DNA from: Hydrolagus affinis
Taxonomy: Eukaryota
Reading direction: 5' to 3'
Length of the DNA stretch: 64,000 nucleotides
Assembly: GCA_012026655.1 (NCBI GenBank)
Contig: JAAILG010000018.1
Coordinates: forward strand, 124,001-188,000
The notes under the pieces were generated by a model. It did no database searches, was not told the origin of the DNA, and was given only the letters and a program-made list of their open reading frames with translations. Positions 1 to 37,261 of this stretch are shown piece after piece (positions within the stretch are counted from its first letter, which is position 1; every line of letters begins with the position of its first letter). The position numbers were made by a program, and so were the translations under genes.

Positions 1-3000
1 GGTTTTAAATTATTACAGATTGTAGGAAAACGTGAAGATTGTAGGAGGCAAAGAAATCTATAGTCTCAAGATCCAAAATAGAAAGTTTTTTCCCAAAAAA
101 TTCTTATATAAATAATACGATTTATTTTATATGACTCAGAAATCATCTACAGAAGTTCAGAAAATACACAGTTCAGGAAAATGTCTTCATACTGTGAACA
201 CATAACTAGGTGGAAGAATTAGGTGCTTTCTATCTGAAAGGTGGAATAGAAGGAGTGAAAAACTAACTAATAATTTGCTCCACCTTCTCACATAAAATTG
301 TGCAATTTTCTGAAGTTACTTTTGGTATTTAGTGTGACAAAACAAGGTCAAAGAAGCATAAACCTTCTAAATCTGTCAGCATTTCACTGGATTCTCACAT
401 TTTATTGAGAAAAACACATTAAAAGTCTTGCTGAGTGAACTCAGGGAATCCAGAGAATCCAGTCATATTAGACCTAAAAGGGAGAGTAAATTGGCCGAAT
501 TGCTGCACTCTTCACTTGAATTCACCTCAGGGGAGACTGTACTTCACAGCTTAGCCTTTGGCAGCCGAAGAATTAAAACATCCCCACGGTGACTTGCAAA
601 GAAGAAAGCAGTTATTGCGATGACATTCATGTTTGTCACCAGGTCATAGCAATTTGAATGCTAATGATGCTCAGTAAAAATTAATTGCAACTAATTTTTC
701 TTCAACTTTCCTGCTTGTTGCTGAAATCTTATTGTTAATGTGGACCACAGCCCACCTGTGGTTTGCACACACAAAATGCAACAATGGATGGGTATGGAAA
801 AATGGATACAAAAACTAATCATTTTTAAACCTTGAGCAAACATTTCCCCTGCGAGGAACTATAAACCAATCTTTGGCTACACAGCACAAACATGGTGGGC
901 CACAGGCATTTCTCCTGTGCTGTAAATTTCTATGGTTCCATTAGAGACTGTAACATGAGGCCGCATTTTAATGCAGGCTAATGTCTACACGAATTGTACA
1001 AATTGTACACAGCCTTTGTGGCCTGGCTTTTGTCTGCATTAAAATACATCTGCAATTATTTTGTCCACCTGCTTAATTTCTTCAAATCTCTTTCAATGCT
1101 ATCAGTCTCCCTTGTACCCATTGCCGAGCCACAGTTGGTATTATCGAAACATGAAAAAATGACTCCTCCATCTTGTTTACGAACGTCAGAGCACCCAGCA
1201 GAGGCTACTGTGAAACTCCACAGGGAACTGCCCAACACAAAGCTTTTTGTCTCTTATCAATGCCTTCTGCTTGTCTTTGTTAAATTACTTTTCAATGCAA
1301 CCAGCTATTTTTCTCGTTAATTCCATGAACTATAATCTTCTGCAGAAGCTTCACAAACTGAACTTTGTCACTATATCATGGGCTTCCGACTTCCCAAGTG
1401 AATTATATCCATTGACTAGCCTTCATCCTAGTTTAATTACCTCCTCAAAGAATTCCAGATTAATGAGCCGTGCCCTTTAGCTTCTCCATTCATGCATTCA
1501 GAATACTCCTTACTGCCAATTGTGCTGTTGAGTTGAACATTGACATCTTGTCCTCCTTCAGACCCTCCAGTTGTATATCATAAATATTTGCTGTCAGCAC
1601 TAGTACTGGGAAGCAGAAATCTTGTTATATGCAATAAGGCTACACCTTCTCTCCAGCGACAGGACTCAAAATACTGTTGTATTTCATTGCCCAGAAGCAA
1701 TACTTTTGCCTCTGACTTCAGCAGCTTAGAAATGAACAGAGTTTCTGAACATCTCCCCTCAGCAAAGTCCACAGCAGTGTGTTTTGTGTACCTATCCTTG
1801 AGTCAAGCCATCTCAATCATTTATAAGTTCATATGAGTCATTTTCAGTCTCACAAATGATGATATCCATCCTTGTCTCCAGCACTCAAAAGTTTTAACAC
1901 TTTTCAACTTGAGAAAAACATACCGAATACTGTTGCATTCTTTTTAACCCAAGAGAAATCAGAGGAAATTGTCTACCAATGTCACTTTGTACCAGTGAAA
2001 ATTTGATTCTTCCTTTCTTTCTCCATGCGAAGATGATAAATGTACTTTATCAGCGCCTTGGAATGTCCTCACGACTTGAGAGGTGCTATACAAATATAAT
2101 TTTGTTATTGTTGTTTATTTGCCTTGTCAAATGCAACTTCAAGATTTCAAAGTTTGCCTGTGTGAACCTTACTCTTTCTCAGAAGTCACTACTTCACTCT
2201 GGAAAGTGGTGAAGCTGCAAAGATAGCAGGAGCCATTAAGAATCTTATCAATTCTTCCTGCTGGAGCCTTGGTAGTAAATGGCCCTAGGATATTTGACAA
2301 TAAACATAGATAAGGCTGATCCTGCATTTAGCTAACTTAACATGCGCACATACATTTCTGAGCATCAGCACTGCAAACCCTGGCTATTTCCCCACTCCCT
2401 GGACCAAGAACACTGAAGCAAAGGATGGTCAGAGTGTGCTCAACCACTACCAGAATCTACGGTTGAAACTGGAGCACGGAGGGGGAGGGTGGGTTTGTGA
2501 TTCGCTCTCATTCTTGATCTCACAGAGTTTAGTGGAGTGTTTAGTAATGAGAAAGAAGATGACTCACAGGGGATCTTGTATAACATTTTAAATAGGATTG
2601 GAAAAGTAAACCTAGATTAATACTTTAGGAAGCACCAAACCAGTGGAACAGAACGTAGGTTCACAATTGCAAAGGACCATTTCTAATCAGACCCCAGGAT
2701 TTTTTTCTTTACACAGAAAGTAATCAAAGACTGCCAGGAATGATGAGTGAGGCCAGGACCCTGGGACTAATTTAAAAAGCAGCTTGATTCTGAGATGGAG
2801 GAAATGTACAGTGGGGTTTTCTGAAAGGATGTGATGAGATGGGCCAAAGGGTCTTCTTCATCCAATCGTTTCTTGTAATCAGCTGGTGCACAGGATAGTC
2901 AGGGAAGGAATCCCACTTGTTTTGCTGCTTTTCCAGCTCCAAGCTCCATGTGGCTGATTGTGAAATGATAATGTTTAATGTTTCAAAAGTAATCATGTGT

Positions 3001-3589
3001 CAAATATGTGGGACATGCAACCTTCTGGTTTCATCTCATTCGTTTCATTCGGTGTGACATTTCTCCTGCCTGTTTGGTTGTTTCGTCTGCTATAATATCA
3101 GAAGATCAAAGGATTAAATGAGAGCTATTAGTCAGCCACATTAGGTTGGAAACAGAACTGCCAATGTGAGGGGACTAATAAACTCCAGAAAACAATGGAG
3201 ACATATTTTAAATATGTTTTCCTGTCTTCTAATCAACGTTGTGCGAAGCGCCATAAGACGTCCTTCCAAACAAGGAAGACGCCATATTATTGGTTGAGCC
3301 AAGCAACCTGTTTCTGTGCTCAACGTTATTTGTAAATGTCAGGATTGTTTATTATTTTTTTTGATCAGCAGATAGCTCAAAATAGGCTCTGTTCATGAAC
3401 CTCCACCCACCCACACCACCCCCACCACCCACCCCCCAATTAAGCCTTCCCATTTACCATTAATGTTGGATTCTATTGTTTCAGACAGTTTCAAACCCAG
3501 CAGCTGGTGCGCCATTAATTCCATAAAACGTGACCTACTTGAAAACAAATTCACATATGCAACTCGATCAAATGCCTCTGAAAATCCAG

Positions 3590-3900
3590 GTGAATTATAT
3601 TCACTGTATAGCTCTCAGCTACTATTTTAGTTTCTTTATTTCAAAGAACTCCCAAGAGATTAATGAAGCATGACCTGTTCTTTTTAATCCATGTCCACTA
3701 CTACATACAATAACTGTGTTCTTCGGCAGATGTATATAATGCTTTCAAGCATTTTTTTCTGTAACTAGTGTTAGCTTCTGAAGTCTATAATTTCCAAGAT
3801 CAAGAGTCACTCCTTATTTGAATAAGTAGATAATATTTGCTCTCCTCCTGTCCAGAGATACAGCTTCACTGTTTATGGAGCTCCTAGAACTATTAACCAC
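3590..3900 (-). mobile_element. Ancient CR1 RT relic
   Basis: Minus-strand translations DLGNYR (cf. DPGNYRP) and NRSCFINL (cf. GRSCLTNL). Confidence 0.55.
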
Positions 3901-4302
3901 CTATTTCCCTCCACATTTTCTCACAAGTTTCTTTATACCACATGCTCTGCTGATATCTCCTCTCTTAGTTACAAGATGACTGATTCAAGATGAGTGTGCC
4001 AGGAATTTTTACTGCCAAAAAGATCTATGAAATGCATCTGTCATCTGATCTTGTAAGATATCTTTTATCTGTTGAAGGCCTTTGTGACCTTTAACACTGC
4101 TGTCTACTTCTCATGTGAGTAACTGAGTTTTATCCATAAAACTGCGCATTGTTGTGAAGCCACAGAATATTAAATTGCGCTTCTATGAAAGGAAAACATA
4201 CAAATAGCGTTCACAAAGACACGTTGGAGGGTAGATGAAGAAAACGTGGAATGTAGGAACAACAGTATACCATTTACCCCTTCTAACCCTGAGGAAAGAA
4301 AC

Positions 4303-4434
4303 TTCAATGGTGACACATTTGCTCACGTCTTTAAATTCAGACACAATTAAAAAAAATAGGGAATTTGGATTGAATTTGGATTTTTTTTCATTGTGTCTGA
4401 ATTTAAAGACGTGAGCAAATGTGTCACCATTGAA
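4303..4434. repeat. Perfect 45-bp inverted repeat
   Basis: 4303..4347 is the exact reverse complement of 4390..4434. Confidence 0.97.
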
Positions 4435-6329
4435 AGTTTTTTTTTAAAAATTCTCTCCCATTATGCTACTTGTTCCAATTTCCTTCAAGTACCACCATAA
4501 AAGCAATGGCAAGAGACACAGGGAGGTCACCAACCAACATTTTATCTTGATTTAGTGTCTTGTAATTGATGCTCTTTACACACCTTTTGAAAGAACAACT
4601 CTTAATGGATGAAAAGCTAATCTTTAACCGAAGGCTTTATGGAGTCTCTGTGTCCTTGTGCCCTAACTAAGCCATTCGCCAAGACATTCAGTCTCTTAAC
4701 ACATCAGCTGGCGTGATAATGCACTTTACAGTCTTTGGAACACATACTTATAATGTTTGAAAAGGCTTTTAAGCTTGGCTCAGTTAACCCAAGTACAATG
4801 AGATGGTCAATCAAAAATTTATTTCAAAATAGTAAGAAAAAAATTGCACAAAATAACATAACTACCTATTCATTTAATCATCAGCCATACGCACGCATTG
4901 TTTGAGTAACTATTTGTATTTGTTTTGATATTTATCACAACAGATGGGCGTCAATGTACTGGAGATAGATTCCCTCAGGCTGGTTTTAATGGTAAAGTCC
5001 ATGAAGTCACATCTGTGGTATTGGAACCAGATCACAGCTTTTGATTGACTGTTAATGGGGTTTAGTAACCAAATCATTGCAAAACAAGAAACTCTAATAG
5101 CGAGTATCTAACTAACCAGTGATGATAAGTGAGCCAGAAGTCCAATACCGCAAGCCAAGGCTGCACAAGCGATACTGCCCTTCTTTCATATTGACTTGTC
5201 AGTGGTTCTCATGTCCACGGTGATATATAAAAATAATCCTCACATCTGGTACAGCACCTTTTATATCAGGTGGACATCTCAAAGCGGTTCACAGAGTTCA
5301 CTGCAACATGTATTAACTGCATACTATACGTCTTCTCTTCCTACCAGTCCATCATATCTACTAAACCACAAGATCAGACTCTTAAATAAGCCATAAACTT
5401 TAAGGTATTTGTGGCTTTTTCAAAAGTTGATCTGAATTGACAGATTTTGGGGGTTTTGCTAAGAAAAATAGAGAGAAACTAATTCCACTGTCCAGAGAGG
5501 CAGTAACCAGAAGGCATGCAAAGTGAAATGTTTGGAGAATTTCTTTTCACAGAGGATTAGGATATAGAATGCCCTAATAAAGACAAAGATTGAAACTTTT
5601 CGGAACAAATATTTGAAAAAGAAAAATTTGTGAAAGGTTATAGGGAAAGGGTAGGGAATTAGATTAACAAATAGGTGTTTTAGAGACACTGCACAGGCGC
5701 CATGGCCGATTGCTGCAAACATTCTATGATTCTCTAATGATAATAAATCCCATAATCATTTCTTGGTTGGCTCATGGATTTGGAACTCTAGAGATTGACA
5801 ATAATAGAGGTCTGACATTTTGAATCAATTTTTAACTTGTCACACAGATCATATAACATCTGCTTGCTAAATTTAAATGTATTGGAATAGTGAGCTTCTG
5901 CCCAATCAATAAAATTATTTGCTGCCTGAATGCTTTAGAAATATGCTCATGTTCCGAGTCTATTTTTTTATCTGGCAAGTTGAATACATTCAGTCATTTT
6001 TGGATTGTTTCTTTGGGTTAAATAACTACATTATGCGATGCTTCTGGCACCTTGGGACATCCTCCTGACGTGAAAGGCGCTATGCAAGTGTGATTTTGTT
6101 GAATTTTGTTGTTAACATAATGAAAACTACGGAATTAAAAATTCCACATGCAAGCTATATACCATATGCAACAACTAGGAGGTGGAATGTTTAACACCTT
6201 TAATGTTTTCTAGTGGTGAAAGATAACAGCCAAGTTATACTAAATATATGTCGGGACAACCTAGCTGTCCTGATTCTAAGATTCTAATCACAACAATGTG
6301 AAGAGATGATGTTAATGTAAAAACAACTA

Positions 6330-6906
6330 CAGCAGACCCTCATTGAACGCGGGGCTTATGTTCCTGGAAAACAGCGCACTCGGTAAAATCGCATTCAGTA
6401 AGCTTAATAAGTAATGGGAAAAAAGGGGTTAGGGTAATCCATCTACAGGCTGTCCAACCTCAAGCCTCCAGGCACATCCACACCCAACCAACGCAAGGTG
6501 CGTACTGAGGCGGGCTACAGCCAGCTGGCCCACTCTCTTCGCTCGTCGCTCTCCCCGTTCTCACTGACTCATTGGAGACAATAAAACAACACCTTACACT
6601 ACCACAGCTTGGCTGAATTATTTTACCTTTGGTCCTGGAAGTGTTAGGCTATATGAATATAGTAAATATGAACGAAAGAACCTTGATTGTACTTTACCAT
6701 GCAATACTATCAGGTTGCTCCAAGGCCGAGGAATCATCGGAATTAGGCGGGAGCTGGCGGCGTCCTCCCAAGGGCGCATGCGTGTATACGAAAGTCAGCG
6801 CATATACGAAAATTTGATCCGTGTTCCGCAAAAAAGTGCCACCTTTATTTCTTCTCGTATAGGCGAATTCGCACTTGAGAAAGTCGCGTTCGGTAAGAGT
6901 TGACTG
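6330..6906. mobile_element. Tigger/pogo-like MITE, 577 bp
   Basis: TA on both flanks; imperfect TIRs CAGCAGACCCTCATTGAACGCG / CAGTCAACTCTTACCGAACGCG; CpG-rich interior. Confidence 0.8.
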
Positions 6907-7879
6907 TATAAGTTCAATAATTTTCAATTGACTGCAAATTCAACCTGAATTTAACATTTAAACAACTTGAAACATTATGTTTGGCACAGGGAATCGAAAT
7001 AGCACAAAGTGGGAGAGACTAGACTGAATGTCGAATATTGTACATCGTGGCTTTTTGAAAACAAACCAACACAAATTTGTAAGTTAGGCAGGTAGAAGAA
7101 CATTCAAAGAAAGGTCAAAAAGATAAATTAAGTAGATAGTCAATGATTGGGTCAAAATAACAGCCACATCAACTCCTCGTTATTGTGGCAGAGGCTTAAT
7201 AAACCCACTCAGCCCTCATTTCCATTATTTAACACACTTATACTTGAAGATTAACACAATTGCCTCATAAATATGTATGATATAATTGCAGAGAGAATTG
7301 CGCAGATTTTTCAGACACTTTCCTTATCTTTCTGGTGTTAATTTTTCATACCAGAAAATAGAGCAATGTGGGAAAACTCACCGAATCTGTTCACTTACAA
7401 ACAGAATATAATAGGCAAAGCAACTGGTAATTGTTGAGGAAATATACAGGACTTATGAATCATCACAAATAAATCAACAAGGAGAGTAAAACAGAAAAAA
7501 TCTGTGATAAGGCGCAATATTAAATGCAAGAATTATTTCAATTAATCTGTTCTGAGAAGCTAAAGAAATGGCAAGTTATTTAAAATAAACCTTGTCAAAA
7601 GATTGTTAAACAACATAGAAAAGCATGCTGTTAATAAATATTGTTTTACAAGTTAAATAGAAGCATGTCAGAATGGTTATTAACTCAATTATCTAGTTAT
7701 TACAAGTATTTAATGAATTCTGTACAGAATTTTAGCTTCTGAATAATGATAAATACATGTGACTATAGTAATACTCTTTTGTGTGCATTTCCTGTCAATT
7801 TTTAACACTTCAAATAGGTCTCAAGCAAGACTTCTTTTGAACTCTCTCTCCTTCCCATGACAAACTTTCATTTGTTTTG

Positions 7880-8420
7880 AATCTATCGGTCGCCCTTGGC
7901 TGGCGCAGTGATAGTGTCACTGCTCATTTTGCTCCGATAAGATATTTTGTGCCAAGCATCACCTTTTGGAACAAGATGATGCCAATGTTCCTGGTTAATT
8001 CTGATCTTACATAAAGCTCATTTCTCTTTTTCTATTGCAATCAATTTTGTGTGCACCATTGTTTTCTTGACTCAGGATGTTAAATAAATATCTTACTCGG
8101 TACCATGGGACCATGTATACTCAACTAGATGCTCCCGCTTAGTGACATCATCTGCTGGAATGAGGTTAACATCTACATATAAGTACACAGAAGATGCTCA
8201 ACTCTGCTTTTCTGTCTTTATATTTGAATCCAGACTGCTAGTTACACATCTAGTTCTGGGTGAATCTCAACCTTTCCCAATTTAACATTGACAAACTGGC
8301 TATCCTATTTCCCAAGTTGACATGCTTGTCAATGGAATATCAGATTCAAGTCAACCCTCTGTGCCAGTCATGTTATCGCATCTTAAATAAAATGACGTGA
8401 AAGGCGCTATATAAATGTAT
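7880..8420 (+). mobile_element. Old L2 RT relic plus tail
   Basis: acacagaagatgctcaactctg (YADDTQL-like); tail gacgtgaaaggcgctatataaatg. Confidence 0.55.
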
Positions 8421-10030
8421 GTATTGATTGATTAATTGCTTGCTTGCTTGATTGATTGATTGATTAAATCAGGTGGGTCCAGCAAATCCACTATACTTCA
8501 AGGCACTGTTGATGACATTCTAGTCAAAAGGCCTTATCCAGTCTTTTGAAGAGACAAACTAGGAAGTGACTAGTTTCTTCCCACTTGACTCTTGTTAACC
8601 CTGCTAGATCTATCAGGTAGGATGGAACCAGCTGAACAAATAACAGAAAGCCTGCCAGACTGGGTTTGCAATAGCATGTTATTTGGTTTTAGCTGTTTAA
8701 ATTGCAGCAGTAACCCAACACAATTCTCTGCCTAATACGCTCAGGATTTCAGTGAGCAGGGTATATATAGCATTCCAGACACAGGGAAATTTTTAGGCGC
8801 ATGTTTCATACATATATGGAACTCTCAGTCCAATTTGAATACTTTTAAGTATTGCAAATGTGCCAGATATACCAAAAAATGACATCCCCAAAATACTCTA
8901 CATTGTGGCCCCAATATTTTCACCCTATTTGCGCTTGAACATGTTTCTGCAAAATGAAATAGGTGTTAGAAATTACGTGACGTGGCTTAAATCTTTATTA
9001 AAATAATCCATGCAAGCACATTTGCATGAAAATACAGGACCGCATTCCAAGAGTTTAAGCTGTTGCACTAACAAATGCAGGTTTGAAAAGAAATGTGTGT
9101 ACAGAATATAACTTAATTCTAACTAACCAGGCTAATCTGAGACCTGAGGGAAATGGAAGGCACGGTTGTGAACAGTGGCTAATCTTGAACATTCACATCA
9201 CCTTCATGTATCTCTTATCCATCAAACTCGTAATACTTCACTGTGCATCCCCACTACTGCTCTTCTTGAGAAGAAAGCACGGGTCAGATTTCTTGTGTTA
9301 TGAAAGTCAGTAGCATGCTAATCTGCAGGTTCAGTTTTCCTTCGGGAGATCATTCAAATAGCATCTCTGCCAACTCCCATGTAGGAATTTGACAGAGGGA
9401 ATTGTTGAGATTTGCTCCATTCCATTTGATTTAAAGATATATTGGCAATTGTTCAACTCTCCATAGCTAAGGATGAATTGTCAAAGATTTCTTCCCAGCA
9501 GCAGGATATAATTGGCAGGTGGACAAATCTTATTCTATACCCCTGTGCCTTTCTACAAGGCAGCTCCATATGGAAATAAGATTGGACGGCTATGCAGTAA
9601 AATACTGAAATACAGTTTTAAGGGAAAAGGATGGCAAAGGTTACGCTGCAATGAACCTCTGCCAGGATCAAAGCCTGGAGATATGTCTTCATTTTCAGTA
9701 AGTGGAGCTTTGGGAGAAACCTACTGTCTCAGTGCAATCTATAAACTTAGATTTAAACCCAAATCTTGCCAACAGTACGAATTAATGACCCTGCTTCCTT
9801 GTGATGCAATGTTTTTATCTAGCATCCGAGGAGACTGTGTGTCAATAAGTACGCCCACCTGCTGCGTCTTAATTAAGAGGTTAGACAGGCTCATAGCCTA
9901 TTTAGCCACCGGATCCATAGTCAACTGAGCTCAAATCAATCTACCACTGCAACACTCGGCTTTGTCTTAGTTATTTTTCCACCATTAATGGCCATATTGT
10001 TGTTGGTAGTGACCATCTGCACAAGAATGT

Positions 10031-10360
10031 GCAGTCTTGTAGCTCAGTAGTTGGAGCACTTCCCTTGCAAGTGTGACACCTGGGTTTGATTCCCGGCAGG
10101 GCAAAAGCTTGGGCAAGTTTCCTTATTCCACAGGCCTGATAATAATCCCTTACCAAAAAATAAAATAATAAATTGGTCACTTCAATCCATGACTGTTTGT
10201 GGGACACTACTATGCACAATTGGCCAAAGCATTTTGCCCATAAATCTACTGCCAATTCCATTTAAAATATATTCCATGAAATGCTTTGAGACATCTAGAA
10301 GATGTGAAAAGCACTATATCAAATACAAGAATTATTATTATTATTATTATGATTATAATA
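10031..10360 (+). mobile_element. Full-length tRNA-derived SINE with L2-like tail (family A)
   Basis: A box gtagctcagtagttgg, loop cttgcaa, B box ggtttgattcc; body shared with more than 10 other copies; (TTA)n tail. Confidence 0.9.
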
Positions 10361-11994
10361 GCCTGTGTTTTGGCTTGCGCTCTAGAATTCTGCCCTGCCC
10401 GAGTGAGGGGTGCTATGCTATATAAATGCAAGCAGTTGTTGTTACACCTTATTCTTGTCTTATACTCATACACCTGTGCTCACCACTACCTTTATTCTAG
10501 AGTATTATGTGGAATGCCTCATAGAGCACTCGATTCCTATGCCCAGCTTCTCCCTTCCACTCAACTTCTGTGCCTAAAAATGAGATCTACATTTATTATA
10601 ATAATACTAGTATACTACTGTATTTGGGCTGCCACTCCTTGCTTTTTACAGATTTAGTTGCTCTATGTTACATAGTTGTTTTGGTGCAACAAAGGATAAG
10701 TTCCAAATATTTTAAGACAAAGCAGTGGCATTAACCCTAATTATTCTGACGATAGATCTGATTGAAGAGCCCCTCCATTGAATCTGAATTACATTCGATC
10801 TATATCTAGTTTTGCTTCGATTAAATATCCCAGTTTAGTTCTCCAGGACCTCAATGTGATGCAGGGCCCACACACATATTTTCAAATAAAATGTATTCTG
10901 ATGCTATTTAAAGTTCACCATGTGTCAATATTCCTCTGCATATCGTCCAAAGCGAAGTACAGCCAAAGAAATACACATTGCCCATTTAACGTACCTTTCC
11001 TGCGATCTGTCAAGAAGCCAAAGGCAGCTGAATAAAGACAAAACATTACAATTGTGAAGGTTCTTCAATGCAAAAGTTATTTATTCAAGAAGGCAGCACA
11101 GAGATCCCACAAAATGGCACACTTGTAGTTTTATAGCCACTTATGCTGATATTTTATATTTCAATCATTCGAATCACTGGGTTGCATAGTGTGTTCATTT
11201 GAATTGAGATGAGAAGGGGAGCTGGAGGTACTAGCAGTAACATTTACCCACACTACACAGAGAATTTAATCTGAGTTCATGAATAAACAATAATATCTTG
11301 CAGTTATAGATAACAAAAGAAAAATAAGAATACTGACATAAGTGAATCTCCGCTGCTTTTTTTTACACAGTAGCAATTGTTTAGGAAGAACTGGTGGTCA
11401 TCCGGATAAGCAGAGTAGTGTAAAAGGTAGAAATGACTTACAGAATGGTCACTTAGCGAAGTGTTGGAGCGAAACCAGCCACATGTGGAACCGCACCCCA
11501 GCAGAGGTCAGTGCTTCAGGAGAGGAGCGGAGAAAGCCATTAGCAATAGAATCACTGAGACTTAACTGAAGGTTTTATCTTCTTTGTATATCTCTACAGA
11601 CTGAAAGCATTGTCCAGAAAGACATAACATGCCAGACTTTGACATGCAATCAGCAGGCAAAGCCAACACCAACAAAATAACTTTGTGAACTGCTTAATGA
11701 AACAAAAACAGTGTGTATATACTGTAACTGATTTATTTTAGCACTGTTACAAACCTTACACAATATGCAAAATATGTCAGAGCTCTGAACTTCAGAGTTT
11801 ACAGTTTGTTAATCATCGATGTTTTGAGTGTTTTGTAATGAATTTTCCCACCATTGTTTCCCAATCGAGAGGCCACAGGCTGCAAGAAATAAGGCCACAT
11901 TTGGAAACATTTCTAAATCTGGTAACATTACATACAATACACACTACAAGTGCTATGTGCAGCTTGGCTTTTTTTTGTTGATTGGCATTACTGA

Positions 11995-35316
<23,322 letters not shown>

Positions 35317-35690
35317 AATTTTAAAAAAAGCCTTTCAATGTTTCTCCATTTAGTGCTCACAGTTAGTATCTGTAAATACCTCAGTGAGATTGATCCATCC
35401 ATTCCCACCGTCAATGTTAGACCAAGTAGTATTTCCTCAATTCATTTGGTTTTTTTCTCCCCACCCATCAATGGTAGGTCTAGTGGAACTAAAGCCCCTC
35501 AAAACACTTCATCACACTAAATACTCTCCATCCGTTTCATCCTTTTAAGCAATATGATCTGTGTAGATAGAGCATGACTGAAATGATGTATCACACAGTT
35601 GTACATAACAGTATGCTGATAAATGATTTATAGTCTGTGTGTTTGTATGTTGTTAGCGTTTCTTAATCCCGTGCATATCTAGATGTTTTT

Positions 35691-35696
35691 AATAAA
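35691..35696 (+). terminator. SYT1: Candidate proximal polyadenylation signal of SYT1
   Basis: tttttAATAAAatgt, 375 nt after the stop codon. Confidence 0.35.
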
Positions 35697-36993
35697 ATGT
35701 TCTATTTTAAACTATGTAAATTGACGGAGAAATAGGAAAGTTGATGCTATATATTATTGGGTAAATATATCTTCTGCATTCCAGTGATTTCCTTCTTGTA
35801 AGCCTGTAGACCAAGATGGAAATGCAACTTAGTAAAGATAAGCAAGAGGGACAAAAATGTACAGTACTGACGTAGATAGTCTAGCTTCGTACACTTTGGA
35901 GGACTTCTTGCACTTGCTAGGTGCTTACTTCAGGAGGAGTTTTTAAATGTTTCATGTGATAATGTAGTCAATGGCACTATTATAAAGCTATCAGTCATTC
36001 CATTAGAGTCTAAAGGACTGCTCTGTGTATCACTGTGACAGCTGTGTGTGCTTAGAATTGTACATTCTTCAGTGGATAGCAACAAATTTATTCAATTGTA
36101 ATTCTGATTTAGGCATGGATTTGCCATACTAATCATTTCTTTCTACTGCCACGTTGAATGCCTGCATAGCACAGATAGTTCTCTTAAACTCTGGACCAAT
36201 ATAGAACTGGAAGGCTATGCAAGAGAGGTGTATTTTATTAAAAGAAATAGCAGGAACAGAATAATCATACAGCATCTTTTTGAGCACTGTGCAATCTAGA
36301 CCCAAACATCATGAATATAGAGTTCCTGAGATGGTGTACTCTGTCTTAAAAAGAAGCAACAAAAAAAAGCTTTAGGTATTCAGCCGTTAGCATATACTAA
36401 CATACTCTTAGCTCAGGATTTTAATACAAATGTTACACAGCAAGCACATTGCATTAGGAACTGCCACTTAAATACTAATCAATGTTGATGTGCAGGTTTA
36501 ATCTACAAGAGCAAGATTATAGATATATATACACTGCCAAAAAATTACTACAATCCTTTCGTAAAATCACTATTTAGTGTTTTTTCTGTGTTTTAAAAAG
36601 TACAGCCATAGCCAGAAGGTGCCCCTTCCTTTCTATTCACTGAGCAACAACTGGTACACTTCAATAGACAAAAAGCCACAATAAATCTAATCTTTATGAA
36701 AATGAAGTGTAAAGTATTAGTCAGACGCTGTAGAATGATACTAGTTGCCTTTGTGTATGATTATGTATATTACCTGCCTGCTTAAGTATTTTACATGTGA
36801 ACTTTCTCTGTATCTTGTAGAAATATTGAGATGTTTTTTTTCTGCCACTTTGCTCGTGGCCAGCGAGCTGACCAGTAGAGCTCTGTAAACCTTAATTTTT
36901 GATGAGGTGTTTATATTTTGTTTCACTTTGTATAGTGAATTACACCGTGGCGTTTCTGATGTTGTTACATAACTGAATATTACACTAGTGTTC

Positions 36994-36999
36994 AATAAA
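36994..36999 (+). terminator. SYT1: Distal polyadenylation signal of SYT1
   Basis: ttcAATAAAagtttt, with downstream ctgtgtgttcttt GU-rich element; repeats resume shortly after. Confidence 0.7.
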
Positions 37000-37261
37000 A
37001 GTTTTATTTCCTGTTGACGTTTAAATGATTGTATAATTCTGTGTGTTCTTTACTGATTGTTTCTATAAAAATATTAAAGTTGATTACAGATTTAAAGAAA
37101 CGTCTAGTGAAATGATGATCAGGATATTTAGCATTTGTTGACAAAAGCCCCTGTTAAATATCTGTTTGATGTGAACTGATCAGCAAACTTCAGCAAATTT
37201 TCATCACCAGCAATTGTACAAGTTATGGGCAAGCATTGCACCCCCATGCTCTTCACTCCCT

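Larger units (their letters stand above)
35317..37015 (+). promoter_or_regulatory. SYT1: SYT1 3'UTR (about 1.7 kb, no recognisable repeats)
   Basis: Follows the stop codon, is AU-rich, and ends at AATAAA 36994 followed by a GT/T-rich tract. Blocks such as gtatctgtaaatacctcagt resemble the mammalian SYT1 3'UTR as I recall it. Confidence 0.75.

Noticed and set aside
6330-6906. CpG island or internal promoter
   Set aside because: The CpG richness is confined within TA-flanked TIRs and is explained by the MITE.
10031-10105. tRNA gene
   Set aside because: The tRNA-like head continues into a repeated SINE body and tail, and the stems are degraded.
994-11569. Short ORFs in the track, e.g. 994..1320, 9512..9928, 10286..10657
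   Set aside because: No recognisable domains or splice context; several derive from SINE tails or low-complexity sequence.
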